Shown here in pieces: positions 8,956-19,084 of a stretch of DNA of 64,000 nt (the first letter of the stretch is position 1; every line of letters starts with the position of its first letter). The notes below the pieces were generated by a model. That model searched no databases. It had not been told where the DNA came from and saw nothing but the letters and a program-made list of their open reading frames with translations. The DNA lies in NCBI GenBank assembly GCA_964248365.1, contig CAXTYC010000001.1, positions 160,001 to 224,000 of the forward strand, written 5' to 3'. Position numbers and translations under genes: made by a program. This DNA comes from an uncultured Chroococcidiopsis sp. (GTDB lineage Bacteria > Cyanobacteriota > Cyanobacteriia > Cyanobacteriales > Chroococcidiopsidaceae).

Positions 8956-10998
8956 CTAAAAACTACCAGGGTTATCGTCCAAAGCCAGCAAGAAATTAAT
9001 CAAATCATTCTGTTGCGCTGGAGTAAAACCAGTAGTTTGATCCACATAGAATTCATGACCAGTGCCATCGAGGTTACTACGCTCTAAGGCTGGGTTAGCA
9101 ATATTTGCGGCAACAACTTGATTACGCAGATTGCTATCAACTAAAGCACGTAAGCTGCTAGCACTATCAGCAGGTTTGGCTTGGCTGAGAGTCCCAGTTA
9201 ACCCCAAACCACTTGGATCTACGACGGTAAAACTGCCATTACGCTTAAACTGAAGTGTGCCTGCTCGCACCGCTACCCCACCATCATGCAGATATGGCGC
9301 ACTGAGATACAAACCGCGTAACGGAGTAGTTCTGTATCCACCGTCTGGAAGCAGACCATTAGGTAGTGTCGTTGGGCTAGCACTGATACCCTCTGTTGGT
9401 ACATCCAGCACCTCAGCATCAGGGGGAGCAGGAACAGGAGTGTTGAAAGTGTAAAGCTTAGGTGGCACAAGCAAATCGTTCCAAGCAAGGTGAGATTTAC
9501 CTCGTGCTGGGTTAGTTCCAATTTCACTGATGGGGTGAATTTTATTGTCAGTAAAGAAAGGTGGAATGTGACAAGTTGCACAGTTTGCCCGCTCAAAAAC
9601 TTTAGCACCACGCCCAACAGAACCACTTTTGAGTGCCTGCAAGTTCTGCCGATTGCGATTTGCAGGTGGCACTAGGCTATTTTGGAAAGCAGCCAGCGCA
9701 TTATCTGCAAAGAAGAAAGGTCCACTTGCCGGATCGTTCTGAGCAAAAGTGTTTGGACTGAATAACAGACCGTTAAAGGTGAGAAGACTTGGTTTTAGGT
9801 TTGGATAATCACCTGCTCCTGGTGCAGGAATCTGGTCTTCATTCTCGGCTGAATAGGGGTTGGGAGCGACTTGACGCAACCACTCTGAGGGTTTGACTGC
9901 TTCTCCATTAGGTAAACGAATACTCGGATCGACAGCGTTTTGGAGTACAACACCTAAATACACTTCAGGATCTATGCCTATAGTCGGTTCGCTTAGCTGA
10001 AATGCTGCTAGTAAATTGATCTCAGAGGAGTGGACGGAATTGGTTAGAGTAGCCAATCCTGCGAAAGGACCTACTCCCGCTTCTCCACTAAATGAGTAGG
10101 GGGCTGTCTTAAACGTAAAAAGATTTGGGATTTGAACCGTGTTATTGATGCGATCGGGCGAACTCTCAAAGTTACCGAAAGGTACATCAAGTACGATGTC
10201 GTCAAAGGCAGTCTCAAACTTTTGAGGATCGGGAAGCTTAACTAAATTGTTATGGCTATCGATGATTGTTTTGCCATTACCTTGGTATTTAGGATCGAGG
10301 GGATCGATATTAAGGCGAGCAAAGCCTGCTGCTGAATTTGGTGCTAGAGCAACTATTAAGGCAATGCCGAGATCTCCATTTGGTACTCCTTTAAGGCGTT
10401 GACCTGTCTTATCTAAGACAGCATGACACGTTGCACAAGTAAAGTTACCATTAGCTGTCAGTCCTAGAGGTAAATTAGCTCCCCTTTCTACATCAAAGCC
10501 TGTATCGATCTCACTCCCTTTAGGAAAAGTCCGACTACCTAACTTTAAATCTTTCTGAAGAGTAATCCGCAAGTTACTTGTTGGTTGACCATGTAAATCG
10601 CGAATCGCTTTGTTTATTTCCGGTTGGATCAAAGCTAAGCCTGTACCGAAACCAAACGCGCGCTGAAGACCAAATGTATCACCAATCTTGCGATTGAAAA
10701 ATATGTTTTCGCCGCTCTCAAGTAATTGCTGAGTGATATGGACGGCTCCAACCCGTTCAAAAGAGCCAGGAGCGCTAGGGTTAAGTCCCTGCTTGCGGAC
10801 TAACTGCTCTGCTTGTTGTGGTGTAAGTAACTCCCCAAAGTAGTCGTATTGACCTATAGGTTGGGTTGGGGCAGGTTGAAGCAGAGCCTCAGTTGCTAGG
10901 GTTGCCTTTGGTGAGATTAGGCTAGTTGATAAAAGTGCCGCAGCAAAACTAGCAACAAGCATCAGGACAAATAGCGAAATCTTTCTACGCCATCGCAT
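8956..10998 (-). CDS. Exported di-heme c-type cytochrome of the bCcP/MauG/RoxA superfamily
   Basis: Signal peptide, two CATCH (CxxCH) motifs, YRTTPLRGLYLSAPYLHDG signature. Confidence 0.75.
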   Translation of the reverse strand: MRWRRKISLFVLMLVASFAAALLSTSLISPKATLATEALLQPAPTQPIGQYDYFGELLTPQQAEQLVRKQGLNPSAPGSFERVGAVHITQQLLESGENIFFNRKIGDTFGLQRAFGFGTGLALIQPEINKAIRDLHGQPTSNLRITLQKDLKLGSRTFPKGSEIDTGFDVERGANLPLGLTANGNFTCATCHAVLDKTGQRLKGVPNGDLGIALIVALAPNSAAGFARLNIDPLDPKYQGNGKTIIDSHNNLVKLPDPQKFETAFDDIVLDVPFGNFESSPDRINNTVQIPNLFTFKTAPYSFSGEAGVGPFAGLATLTNSVHSSEINLLAAFQLSEPTIGIDPEVYLGVVLQNAVDPSIRLPNGEAVKPSEWLRQVAPNPYSAENEDQIPAPGAGDYPNLKPSLLTFNGLLFSPNTFAQNDPASGPFFFADNALAAFQNSLVPPANRNRQNLQALKSGSVGRGAKVFERANCATCHIPPFFTDNKIHPISEIGTNPARGKSHLAWNDLLVPPKLYTFNTPVPAPPDAEVLDVPTEGISASPTTLPNGLLPDGGYRTTPLRGLYLSAPYLHDGGVAVRAGTLQFKRNGSFTVVDPSGLGLTGTLSQAKPADSASSLRALVDSNLRNQVVAANIANPALERSNLDGTGHEFYVDQTTGFTPAQQNDLINFLLALDDNPGSF

Positions 10999-11116
10999 AT
11001 ATGCCCCCTATAAGAGGTATATTAAAAAAGTTGTTTGTATTGTACGATACGATTAATTGTTAAAGACAATAAGATACAAAAATTAGGACAAAAATTAGGG
11101 GATTTTAAAAGAAAAC

Positions 11117-11143
11117 TGGTTTCTAGACTCAGCCTAGAAACCA
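11117..11143 (-). terminator. Intrinsic terminator-like hairpin in the leader of the di-heme cytochrome gene
   Basis: TGGTTTCTAG-N7-CTAGAAACCA followed on the minus strand by GTTTTCTTTT. Confidence 0.55.
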
Positions 11144-11318
11144 AAAGGGGATTAACCCTGATATCATCGATTGTGCAGTTTTGAGATAGCCTCTTAGTCA
11201 TGTGCATTCTAAGCGCGATACCAACGGTCACACAACGCCCAGGCGGAATGCTCTAAATTTAGGTAATTCAAGAGCTTTCTACTTATGATCAAAAGTAGGA
11301 ACTATTTAATTTTTGGGC

Positions 11319-14300
11319 ATGAAACGCATCGTCTTGATTGCTGGGTTTGAATCTTTCAACGCCGACTTGTACCGAAAGGCAGCTCAAGAAGCACTTATCA
11401 GCTGCCCAGAATTAGATATTAGGGTGTTTAGCGATCGCAATATCACTACCCACGCCGCAGAAGTAGAAGCAGCCCTGCAAGGAGCTGATGTGTTTTTCGG
11501 CAGTTTGCTATTTGATTATGACCAAGTATTATGGTTACGCGATCGCATATCTCACATCCCCATTCGCCTGGTGTTCGAGTCAGCCTTGGAATTAATGAGT
11601 TTGACTCAACTCGGTGCGTTTGCGATTGGCGACAAACCCAAAGGAATGCCCAAACCGATTAAATTCATCCTTGATAAATTCAGCCAGGGACGAGAAGAAG
11701 ACAGACTAGCTGGATATCTCAGCTTTTTGAAAGTAGGACCAAAATTATTAAAATACGTACCAGTGCAAAAAGTGCAAGACTTACGCAACTGGTTAATTAT
11801 CTATGGTTATTGGAATGCAGGCGGATCAGATAATGTTGCTGCCCTATTTTGGACACTAGCAGAAAAATATTTAGGAATCAAGGTAGGCGAGATTCCCCCG
11901 CCCCTCGAAACCCCCAACATGGGATTACTACATCCCGACTATCAAGGATTTTTTGAATCACCCCGCGCATACTTGGAATGGTATCAGGGCGAGAGGCGAG
12001 AGGCGTTAGCGAAGCGGGACGAAGTCCGAGGCGAGAGGCGAGAGGACAAGGAGACAATTACCAACTACCGTACGGGCGGGTTTATCAGACATACTTGTGA
12101 ACCTCCAGATACTCGTTTAAACCCGCCCCTACCAACTACCAATTACCAATTACCAGTAGTCGGCATACTGCTGTATCGCAAGCACGTAGTTACGCGCCAG
12201 CCTTATATTCCTCAATTGATTCGCAGCTTTGAACAAGCCGGATTAATACCTTTGCCTATATTTATCAATGGGGTAGAAGGTCATGTCGCTGTGCGAGATT
12301 GGATGACTACCACCCATGAAGTCGCGCAGAGACAACAAGGTAATGTAGAAATTCCTTCCCTGTCCGGTGAAGCAGTTCATGTAGATGCTATTGTCTCTAC
12401 AATTGGCTTTCCTTTAGTTGGTGGTCCTGCTGGCTCAATGGAAGCAGGGCGGCAAGTGGAAGTTGCTAAACGCATCCTGGGGGCTAAAAATGTACCTTAT
12501 ATAGTAGCTTCCCCACTACTGATTCAAGATATTCATTCTTGGACACGACAAGGCATTGGGGGGTTGCAAAGTGTCGTATTATATGCATTGCCAGAATTAG
12601 ATGGCGCGATCGATCCAGTTCCCTTGGGTGGCTTGGTGGGAGAAAAAATTTATCTAATTCCCGAACGGGTACAGCGTTTGATTGGTAGGGTGAAAAACTG
12701 GATTGCCTTGCGGCAAAAGCCAATATCAGAACGCAAAATTGCAGTTATTCTCTATGGCTTCCCGCCTGGTTACGGTGCTACGGGAACAGCTGCTTTACTC
12801 AATGTACCGCGATCGCTCCTCAAGTTCCTGCAAGCACTCAAAGCACAAGGTTACACTGTCGGCGATTTACCTGAAGATCCAGAAGAATTACTTCGCCGCG
12901 TCAAAGAGGCAGATGAAGATTTAATGTCACGCAAAGACGCAAAGGCGCTAAGAGATTCGGAAGGTTCCTTCCTTTGCGCCTTAGCGTCTTTGCGTGAAAC
13001 AAAATCACCAGTTATGGTTCACACGCGGATATTAGAAAAATGGCTGGGATATCTACATACATCTCGAATTGAGAAACATTGGACTTTGACGGGTAGTGGG
13101 ATTAAAACCTATGGAGATGAATTTTTACTCGGTGGTGTGCACTTAGGTAATGTTTGGATTGGTGTGCAGCCGCCATTAGGTATCCCTGGCGATCCGATGC
13201 GGCTGATGTTTGAGCGTGACTTAACTCCTCATCCTCAGTATGCAGCTTTTTATCAATGGTTGCAGCATGGTTTGCAAGCTGATGCTGTTGTTCATTTTGG
13301 GATGCACGGTACTGTTGAATGGTTGCCAGGATCTCCTTTGGGTAATACAGGTTACTCTTGGTCTGATATTCTCTTGGGGAATCTACCTAATCTTTATATA
13401 TATGCGGCTAATAATCCCTCAGAGTCAATTTTGGCAAAGCGGCGGGGTTATGGGGTGATCGTTTCTCATAATGTACCGCCTTATGGTCGGGCTGGGTTGT
13501 ATAAAGAATTAGTCGCCCTGCGAGATTTGATTTCGGAGTATCGGGAAGATCCAGAAAAAAATTATGCTCTGAAGGAGGCGATCTGCAAGAAGATTGTAGA
13601 TACGGGGTTAGATGCCGATTGTCCGTTTGAAGAGGCAAGGCGTTTGGGTATTGCTTTTACTCCTGAAAATGCACGGATGTTTAGTGCAGCTGTGTTTAAT
13701 TCTTATCTGGTGCAGTTGTATGAGTATTTGCAAGTTCTCGAAAATCGTCTTTTCTCTTCTGGGTTGCACGTATTTGGGGAACCTCCTACAACAGAGGAAC
13801 TGGCAAGTTATCTGAAGGCTTATTTTGGGGAGGAGTTGTCGGAGGAGGTGTTGAGTGCGATTACAGAAGGAAACGTAGACGCGGTAGCGGCTTCTCGAAG
13901 AGTACCGCAAAGACGCGCCAGCGAAGCGAAGGGCGATAGCCCGTTAGCACACGAAGGGGGGGAGGAGAGGATAGAAGAGGCGAGGCAAATACGTGATTTG
14001 TTGTTGCAAACAACTGATGAGTTAACAAATCTGTTGCGGGGGTTGAATGGTGAGTATATTTCGCCTGCACCAGGAGGGGATTTGCTCAGGGATGGTATGG
14101 GTGTTTTGCCGACGGGACGTAATATTCATGCTTTAGATCCTTATCGGATGCCGTCGCCTGCTGCTTATGAAAGGGGACGCGCGATCGCTCAAAATATTAT
14201 TACCCAGCATCTACAAGAACATGGGAAATATCCCGAAACTGTTGCTGTAATGTTATGGGGACTAGATGCAATCAAAACCAGGGGCGAATCTCTAGGTATT

Positions 14301-15287
14301 CTTCTAGAATTGGTAGGAGCTGAACCTGTTAAGGAGGGAACTGGGCGCATTGTCCGCTACGAGTTGAAACCTTTGGCAGATGTTGGACATCCGCGCATTG
14401 ATGTGCTAGGGAATCTCTCTGGTATTTTCCGCGATAGTTTTGTCAATATCATTGAATTACTCGATGACTTATTCCAACGGGCGGCTGATGCTGATGAACC
14501 AGAGGACAAAAATTTTATTCGCCTCCATGCTAAGGCTTTAAAAGCACAGGGCGTAGAAAATCCCTCGGCTAGGTTATTTTCTAACCCAGCAGGAGATTTT
14601 GGTTCAATGGTGAATGAGCGTGTGGTAGATAGTAGTTGGGAATCAGGCAATGAGTTGGGTGATACTTGGCGCGATCGCAATGTTTTTAGTTATGGTAGAC
14701 AAGATAAAGGTAATGCTAGACCAGAAATTCTCACTCAATTGTTGCACTCTTGCGATCGCATTGTGCAAGAAATTGACTCAGTTGAATATGGTCTAACTGA
14801 TATCCAAGAATACTACGCCAATACAGGCGGCTTGAAAAAAGCAGCCGAAAAACAACAGGGTAAAAAGGTTAACGCCAGTTTTGTCGAAAGCTTCTCTAAA
14901 GACACCACACCGCGCAACCTCGAAGACTTACTTAGAATGGAGTATCGCACCAAGTTACTGAACCCCAAGTGGGCGGAAGCAATGGCGAATCAAGGTTCAG
15001 GTGGTGCATTTGAAATTTCCCAGCGGATGACTGCACTCATTGGTTGGGGAGGTACTGCAAATTTTACTGATTCATGGGTATACGATGGAGCAGCCGATAC
15101 TTATGCCCTAGATCAAGATATGGCGCAAAAATTGCAACAAGCGAACCCTGAAGCCTTCCGCAATATTGTCGCCAGAATGCTAGAAGCGCATGGACGAGGT
15201 TTCTGGCAACCGAGTGAGGATAAGTTAGAAAAGCTACGCGAATTATACGAATTAACCGATGAGGAACTCGAAGGCGTAAAGATTTAA
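11319..15287 (+). CDS. bchH: Magnesium chelatase subunit H (BchH-type paralogue of ChlH, CobN/ChlH family)
   Basis: STIGFPLVGGPAG, HFGMHGTVEWLPG, YAANNPSES, LPTGRNIHALDP, KLLNPKWAE motifs; N-terminus MKRIVLIAGFESFN is typical of the second cyanobacterial H subunit. Confidence 0.85.
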   Translation: MKRIVLIAGFESFNADLYRKAAQEALISCPELDIRVFSDRNITTHAAEVEAALQGADVFFGSLLFDYDQVLWLRDRISHIPIRLVFESALELMSLTQLGAFAIGDKPKGMPKPIKFILDKFSQGREEDRLAGYLSFLKVGPKLLKYVPVQKVQDLRNWLIIYGYWNAGGSDNVAALFWTLAEKYLGIKVGEIPPPLETPNMGLLHPDYQGFFESPRAYLEWYQGERREALAKRDEVRGERREDKETITNYRTGGFIRHTCEPPDTRLNPPLPTTNYQLPVVGILLYRKHVVTRQPYIPQLIRSFEQAGLIPLPIFINGVEGHVAVRDWMTTTHEVAQRQQGNVEIPSLSGEAVHVDAIVSTIGFPLVGGPAGSMEAGRQVEVAKRILGAKNVPYIVASPLLIQDIHSWTRQGIGGLQSVVLYALPELDGAIDPVPLGGLVGEKIYLIPERVQRLIGRVKNWIALRQKPISERKIAVILYGFPPGYGATGTAALLNVPRSLLKFLQALKAQGYTVGDLPEDPEELLRRVKEADEDLMSRKDAKALRDSEGSFLCALASLRETKSPVMVHTRILEKWLGYLHTSRIEKHWTLTGSGIKTYGDEFLLGGVHLGNVWIGVQPPLGIPGDPMRLMFERDLTPHPQYAAFYQWLQHGLQADAVVHFGMHGTVEWLPGSPLGNTGYSWSDILLGNLPNLYIYAANNPSESILAKRRGYGVIVSHNVPPYGRAGLYKELVALRDLISEYREDPEKNYALKEAICKKIVDTGLDADCPFEEARRLGIAFTPENARMFSAAVFNSYLVQLYEYLQVLENRLFSSGLHVFGEPPTTEELASYLKAYFGEELSEEVLSAITEGNVDAVAASRRVPQRRASEAKGDSPLAHEGGEERIEEARQIRDLLLQTTDELTNLLRGLNGEYISPAPGGDLLRDGMGVLPTGRNIHALDPYRMPSPAAYERGRAIAQNIITQHLQEHGKYPETVAVMLWGLDAIKTRGESLGILLELVGAEPVKEGTGRIVRYELKPLADVGHPRIDVLGNLSGIFRDSFVNIIELLDDLFQRAADADEPEDKNFIRLHAKALKAQGVENPSARLFSNPAGDFGSMVNERVVDSSWESGNELGDTWRDRNVFSYGRQDKGNARPEILTQLLHSCDRIVQEIDSVEYGLTDIQEYYANTGGLKKAAEKQQGKKVNASFVESFSKDTTPRNLEDLLRMEYRTKLLNPKWAEAMANQGSGGAFEISQRMTALIGWGGTANFTDSWVYDGAADTYALDQDMAQKLQQANPEAFRNIVARMLEAHGRGFWQPSEDKLEKLRELYELTDEELEGVKI

Positions 15288-15290
15288 CGG

Positions 15291-15320
15291 GTAGGGTGCG
15301 TTAACGCAGTGTAACGCACC
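15291..15320. repeat. REP-like GTAG hairpin after chelatase H
   Basis: GTAG-GGTGCGTTA-acgcagtg-TAACGCACC inverted repeat. Confidence 0.6.
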
Positions 15321-15472
15321 TGACAAATCGAATTGATAAAACTTCTTATGTGTGAGCTTTTCAAAATCCAAGAACCCCTCATCTAAAATATAGCAGTAAG
15401 TAGATAGATTAGGACAAGCCAATTTACTAGAAGACAATTGTTACAGGACTTTTTACCCTACTCCCTACTCCC

Positions 15473-15535
15473 GTACGGGCGGGTTGATCAAGCATACTTG
15501 TAAGCAAACAGGTAACTCATTTAAACCCGCCCTTC
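15473..15535. repeat. Dispersed ~63-nt GGGCGGGTT...AAACCCGCCC hairpin element
   Basis: Closely similar to the copy at 12070-12132 inside chelatase H; flanked by (CTACTCC) STRRs. Confidence 0.75.
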
Positions 15536-15554
15536 TTTACTCCCTACTATAGTA

Positions 15555-16160
15555 TTACGAACACCCCTCAATATATTCGACTTGGGGACGTTTACCGGAT
15601 CTGAATTGAGTTACTCGCTTGCCGTCAGTCTCAAATATTACACGATAGTTGCTATCTGCGCGGTCTTTTGGTACTAACGTCAGGTAATGCCCACCTTGAA
15701 CGTATTTATGAGGGGTAACTTGAATTTGTCCCTGGTAGAGTGACTTGATTTTGGCTTCCGTATCACCAATCTTCGCGCCGCTGTGGGTAGTAATGCTCCT
15801 ATTTTTCCACACATCTACTCTAGCAATGTGATCCCCCACTACCATAAATCCAATCGAGTTGGGTTCTCGTTGCGGCTTGACGTAAAAGCAACTGGAATTA
15901 ACTTGATAGCCATCCTCTCGAACAAGCCTCGTACCAGCAGCTTTTGATGCTTCAGCTACAGTCATACCAACTCGAACTGATCCAATACCATTAATATATA
16001 CTTTCGAGGAGTTTGTAAGTTTTGTTTGTGCTATTACTGCCTCTACACTCAGAGAAAAAAAAGCAAGTGTGCCGAGCAAAAAAGTTAAAAAAGGAGTGCG
16101 GCAGGACATGGCAACGCTATTAATAATTCTCGGTTTAATTAGCATTTCAACTTTAATCAA
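15555..16160 (-). CDS. Secreted hypothetical protein
   Basis: Hydrophobic signal-like stretch, GIGSVRVGMTV...GAKIGDTE, C-terminal EGCS; true start may be downstream. Confidence 0.7.
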   Translation of the reverse strand: MIKVEMLIKPRIINSVAMSCRTPFLTFLLGTLAFFSLSVEAVIAQTKLTNSSKVYINGIGSVRVGMTVAEASKAAGTRLVREDGYQVNSSCFYVKPQREPNSIGFMVVGDHIARVDVWKNRSITTHSGAKIGDTEAKIKSLYQGQIQVTPHKYVQGGHYLTLVPKDRADSNYRVIFETDGKRVTQFRSGKRPQVEYIEGCS

Positions 16161-16284
16161 ATGAGCGACAATAAAAGGAAATTGTTGCCAAAATTGTCAA
16201 ATCAACGCCCGCATTTGCCAAATGTAGCCAGACACGAGGATTAGGAGTCTCTTAACCCAAGCTCGAGCGCAAGAGCGCCCCTCT

Positions 16285-17793
16285 TCAATCAGCCTCAATT
16301 TGTCTGGCTACCGTCAGCGCTGAATAACTCACACCCGCTGTTCCTTCGCCTGGATGGGTGGAGTCACCAACTAACCACAGGTGCTTAATCGGTGTACGAG
16401 TAGCAAAACCAAAAGGACCAAAAGTAGGGATTCTTTGACCGATACCGCCGACTATACCTTGATCGCGCGCAGTATAACGGGCAAAGGTGCGGGGTGTAGC
16501 GGCTTCTTGGTGGAGAATGGTTTCTGGGGTGAGATGGAAGAATTGGGAAAGTTTTGCGATCGCCTCTTGTGTATACTTCTCCTTCATCGCCTCATAATCA
16601 TCATCTCGCCACCAAGGATTTGGATCTACAAACGAAGATGCAATAATTGTCGCCTTCCCTTCTGGGGCGCGTCCATCTCCTGGTTTGCTGACTGAGACAA
16701 ACAGAGAATTATTTTCCCCAATTGGACCCGTCGCATCATACATAAATTGTAAGTGGGGCGGACACCTTGGGGGAATGGCGCTTTCGTCTACACCCAAATA
16801 CACTACAAATGCACCTGACGCAGATGGTAGTTTTTCCACTCGCTGTTTGTAGCCTTGGGGTGCATTTTTACCCAATAATTGCACCAGATTTTGTACTGTT
16901 ACATTAGCAACTACATGATCGGCTGGTTCTGTCCAAGCTTCCCCAGTTTTCTGATTGCGAATTACTACACCCACTGCTTTACCATTCTCTACTTTGATGC
17001 GATCGCCAGTATGTTGCATTAATAGCTTACCGCCATCTCGTGTTAAAGATTCTTCTAGGCGATCGCTCAATACTTGCATACTACCTTGAAGATGAAATAA
17101 TCCTTGCGGTAACTGAGAAACACTCAATGCTGTCGCCGCATAAAGTAGGGCTGTTTCGTCTGCATCCACCTGAGAATAAAGCTTGAGTTGCAGATCTAAA
17201 AACGTCCTCAACCGCCAGTCATCTTCTAATCCATGACCGCGCAAAGCACCCCCTACTGTTAAAAAAGTGTAGGGTAGAGTAAACAAAGTTCCCAAACGCA
17301 ATGCTTTTGTTAGTTGCCACAAATCCCACACATTGCGCGGTGGTAAAATTGGATCGCGTTGCTGAAACTCCCAACTCGCCCTGAATAAGTCATCCATCAG
17401 TAACCAAAAGCGATCGCTACCAGGAAACTGTTGCTGTCTTTCTAGCTTCCACCTTTTGGGATCTCGCCAAACATTTATCGGTTGAGTTTCGCCAGGTAAA
17501 TACACCGCACAAGCAGGATCGCAGGGTGTTGCTGCTGGTAAATCTATTTCCAGTTCTGAGAAAATGCGATGGTGAATTCCTCCTGGTTCCAATCCCGCTA
17601 CTTGAGTAGCACCTACATCGAAAGTAAAGCCTTTGCGTTTGAAGGTAGAAGCACATCCCCCAGGTACAAGGGCTTGATCTACTACTATGACTTGATAGCC
17701 ACGCTTGCACAGTAACGCCCCAGCTGTCAAACCACCAATTCCAGCACCTATTACTACTACACGGGATTTATTATTGGCTTGACGGCTTGACAT
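16285..17793 (-). CDS. crtD: Carotenoid C-3',4' desaturase CrtD (myxoxanthophyll pathway)
   Basis: VIGAGIGGL FAD motif, GGCASTF...FDVGATQVAGLEPGGIH, GDSTHPGEGTAGVSYSA. Confidence 0.85.
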   Translation of the reverse strand: MSSRQANNKSRVVVIGAGIGGLTAGALLCKRGYQVIVVDQALVPGGCASTFKRKGFTFDVGATQVAGLEPGGIHHRIFSELEIDLPAATPCDPACAVYLPGETQPINVWRDPKRWKLERQQQFPGSDRFWLLMDDLFRASWEFQQRDPILPPRNVWDLWQLTKALRLGTLFTLPYTFLTVGGALRGHGLEDDWRLRTFLDLQLKLYSQVDADETALLYAATALSVSQLPQGLFHLQGSMQVLSDRLEESLTRDGGKLLMQHTGDRIKVENGKAVGVVIRNQKTGEAWTEPADHVVANVTVQNLVQLLGKNAPQGYKQRVEKLPSASGAFVVYLGVDESAIPPRCPPHLQFMYDATGPIGENNSLFVSVSKPGDGRAPEGKATIIASSFVDPNPWWRDDDYEAMKEKYTQEAIAKLSQFFHLTPETILHQEAATPRTFARYTARDQGIVGGIGQRIPTFGPFGFATRTPIKHLWLVGDSTHPGEGTAGVSYSALTVARQIEAD

Positions 17794-18011
17794 GAGTTAA
17801 GAGTTAAAAATTTCTTCTACACTATCTTTATATAATTTAGTTTAACCAATTTTCCACAATCAAGCAAATCTTATATTTCCAGCATCAATTAAAGCTTGTT
17901 TGAGCAAATTAGATGTTGAAGAACTTAGTTTAGGAAGGTTAGCTAGGATAAGCAAATCATAGTATTATTTAATTATTCTAGCTATCTTATTTAATTCAAT
18001 ATTTATTTCAT

Positions 18012-18917
18012 TCAAAAAGGAATATCAGCGTAGCTTGGCTCCACAGCTTTAGGAAGCTTTTGAATAGCTAGATATTTGAAGTTTATGTTACTTCTGGGAA
18101 TTAAACCATCAGCACCAGTAAGAAGATTATTTCTAATAACTGGTGGCAGTATAAGCGATGAGTGCAAATGAATGTCTCCTGCAGTATAGCTACGTATGAT
18201 TTTTGATTTAGTGCTGATGCTAACGTATGCCTCAATCTGCTCCATTAAACTAACAACTGATCTATAGTTCAAATCCGCTATTATAATAATACTGTTAGCA
18301 GGCATCTCTGTAATTAGAAAATCTAGGTTCTTAATAAATATTTCAGAATTAGAGATAAACTCGTTTAAGCAATTTTGGACAAAAAACAAATTACTAGTTT
18401 GAATTATGTCTCTAATTGAAGGGAAAACATTTTTTTGACATAGATTGAGACTATATCCATTTAGCGTGAATTCCCAACCTGGACATAAATTTGCTACAAC
18501 ATCCTTTGTAATTTCTCTACTTCTACTCCATGTACTTGCAGCAATGTCATAAGTATGGGCTACAGCATATTTAGCAGCGGAGTAATTAGAACTTAGGTAT
18601 TTTACCCAAGCAACAGTTTCAGGTGCTGGACCAGCACAAAAGAAACAAGCCTGTAACTTTCTAGAGCCTACAAAGCAAGAATGAAGGTAATTATAATTAA
18701 GATCACAAAGAACCTTAAAAGTCATTTCAGTATACTGTGGGTAGTAAGCCAGGAGATATGCCGCCTGGATATTAGAGTCACTGTAATCAACCGTCACTTG
18801 ATTTACTTTATAGCTCTGCCTTAACTGTTTTACATAATCCTGTAAACTTTGTAAGTAAAGTTCTACGTTATTAATTTGATTGTGCTTGACAATACCATCC
18901 AGAATGTAGCTATACAT
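18012..18917 (-). CDS. Hypothetical protein, probable class I SAM-dependent methyltransferase fold
   Basis: AAYLLAYYPQY helix, motif-I-like CFFCAGPAPE, acidic TYDIA, VQNCLNE; AT-rich; C-terminus EPSYADIPF. Confidence 0.55.
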   Translation of the reverse strand: MYSYILDGIVKHNQINNVELYLQSLQDYVKQLRQSYKVNQVTVDYSDSNIQAAYLLAYYPQYTEMTFKVLCDLNYNYLHSCFVGSRKLQACFFCAGPAPETVAWVKYLSSNYSAAKYAVAHTYDIAASTWSRSREITKDVVANLCPGWEFTLNGYSLNLCQKNVFPSIRDIIQTSNLFFVQNCLNEFISNSEIFIKNLDFLITEMPANSIIIIADLNYRSVVSLMEQIEAYVSISTKSKIIRSYTAGDIHLHSSLILPPVIRNNLLTGADGLIPRSNINFKYLAIQKLPKAVEPSYADIPF

Positions 18918-19084
18918 TGGAAGGGTTGATGTGCGTTTTACAATTCAAGGATAAAAAACACATCAACTATGTGATAACAGTACTTCCTCTGAATTATTTC
19001 AATATTGATTTTCCCTAATTTTACTTATGCTTTAGTTTATCTAATCTTCATTTTAAGCTAACACAAACTCCTTTGACTAAACTT

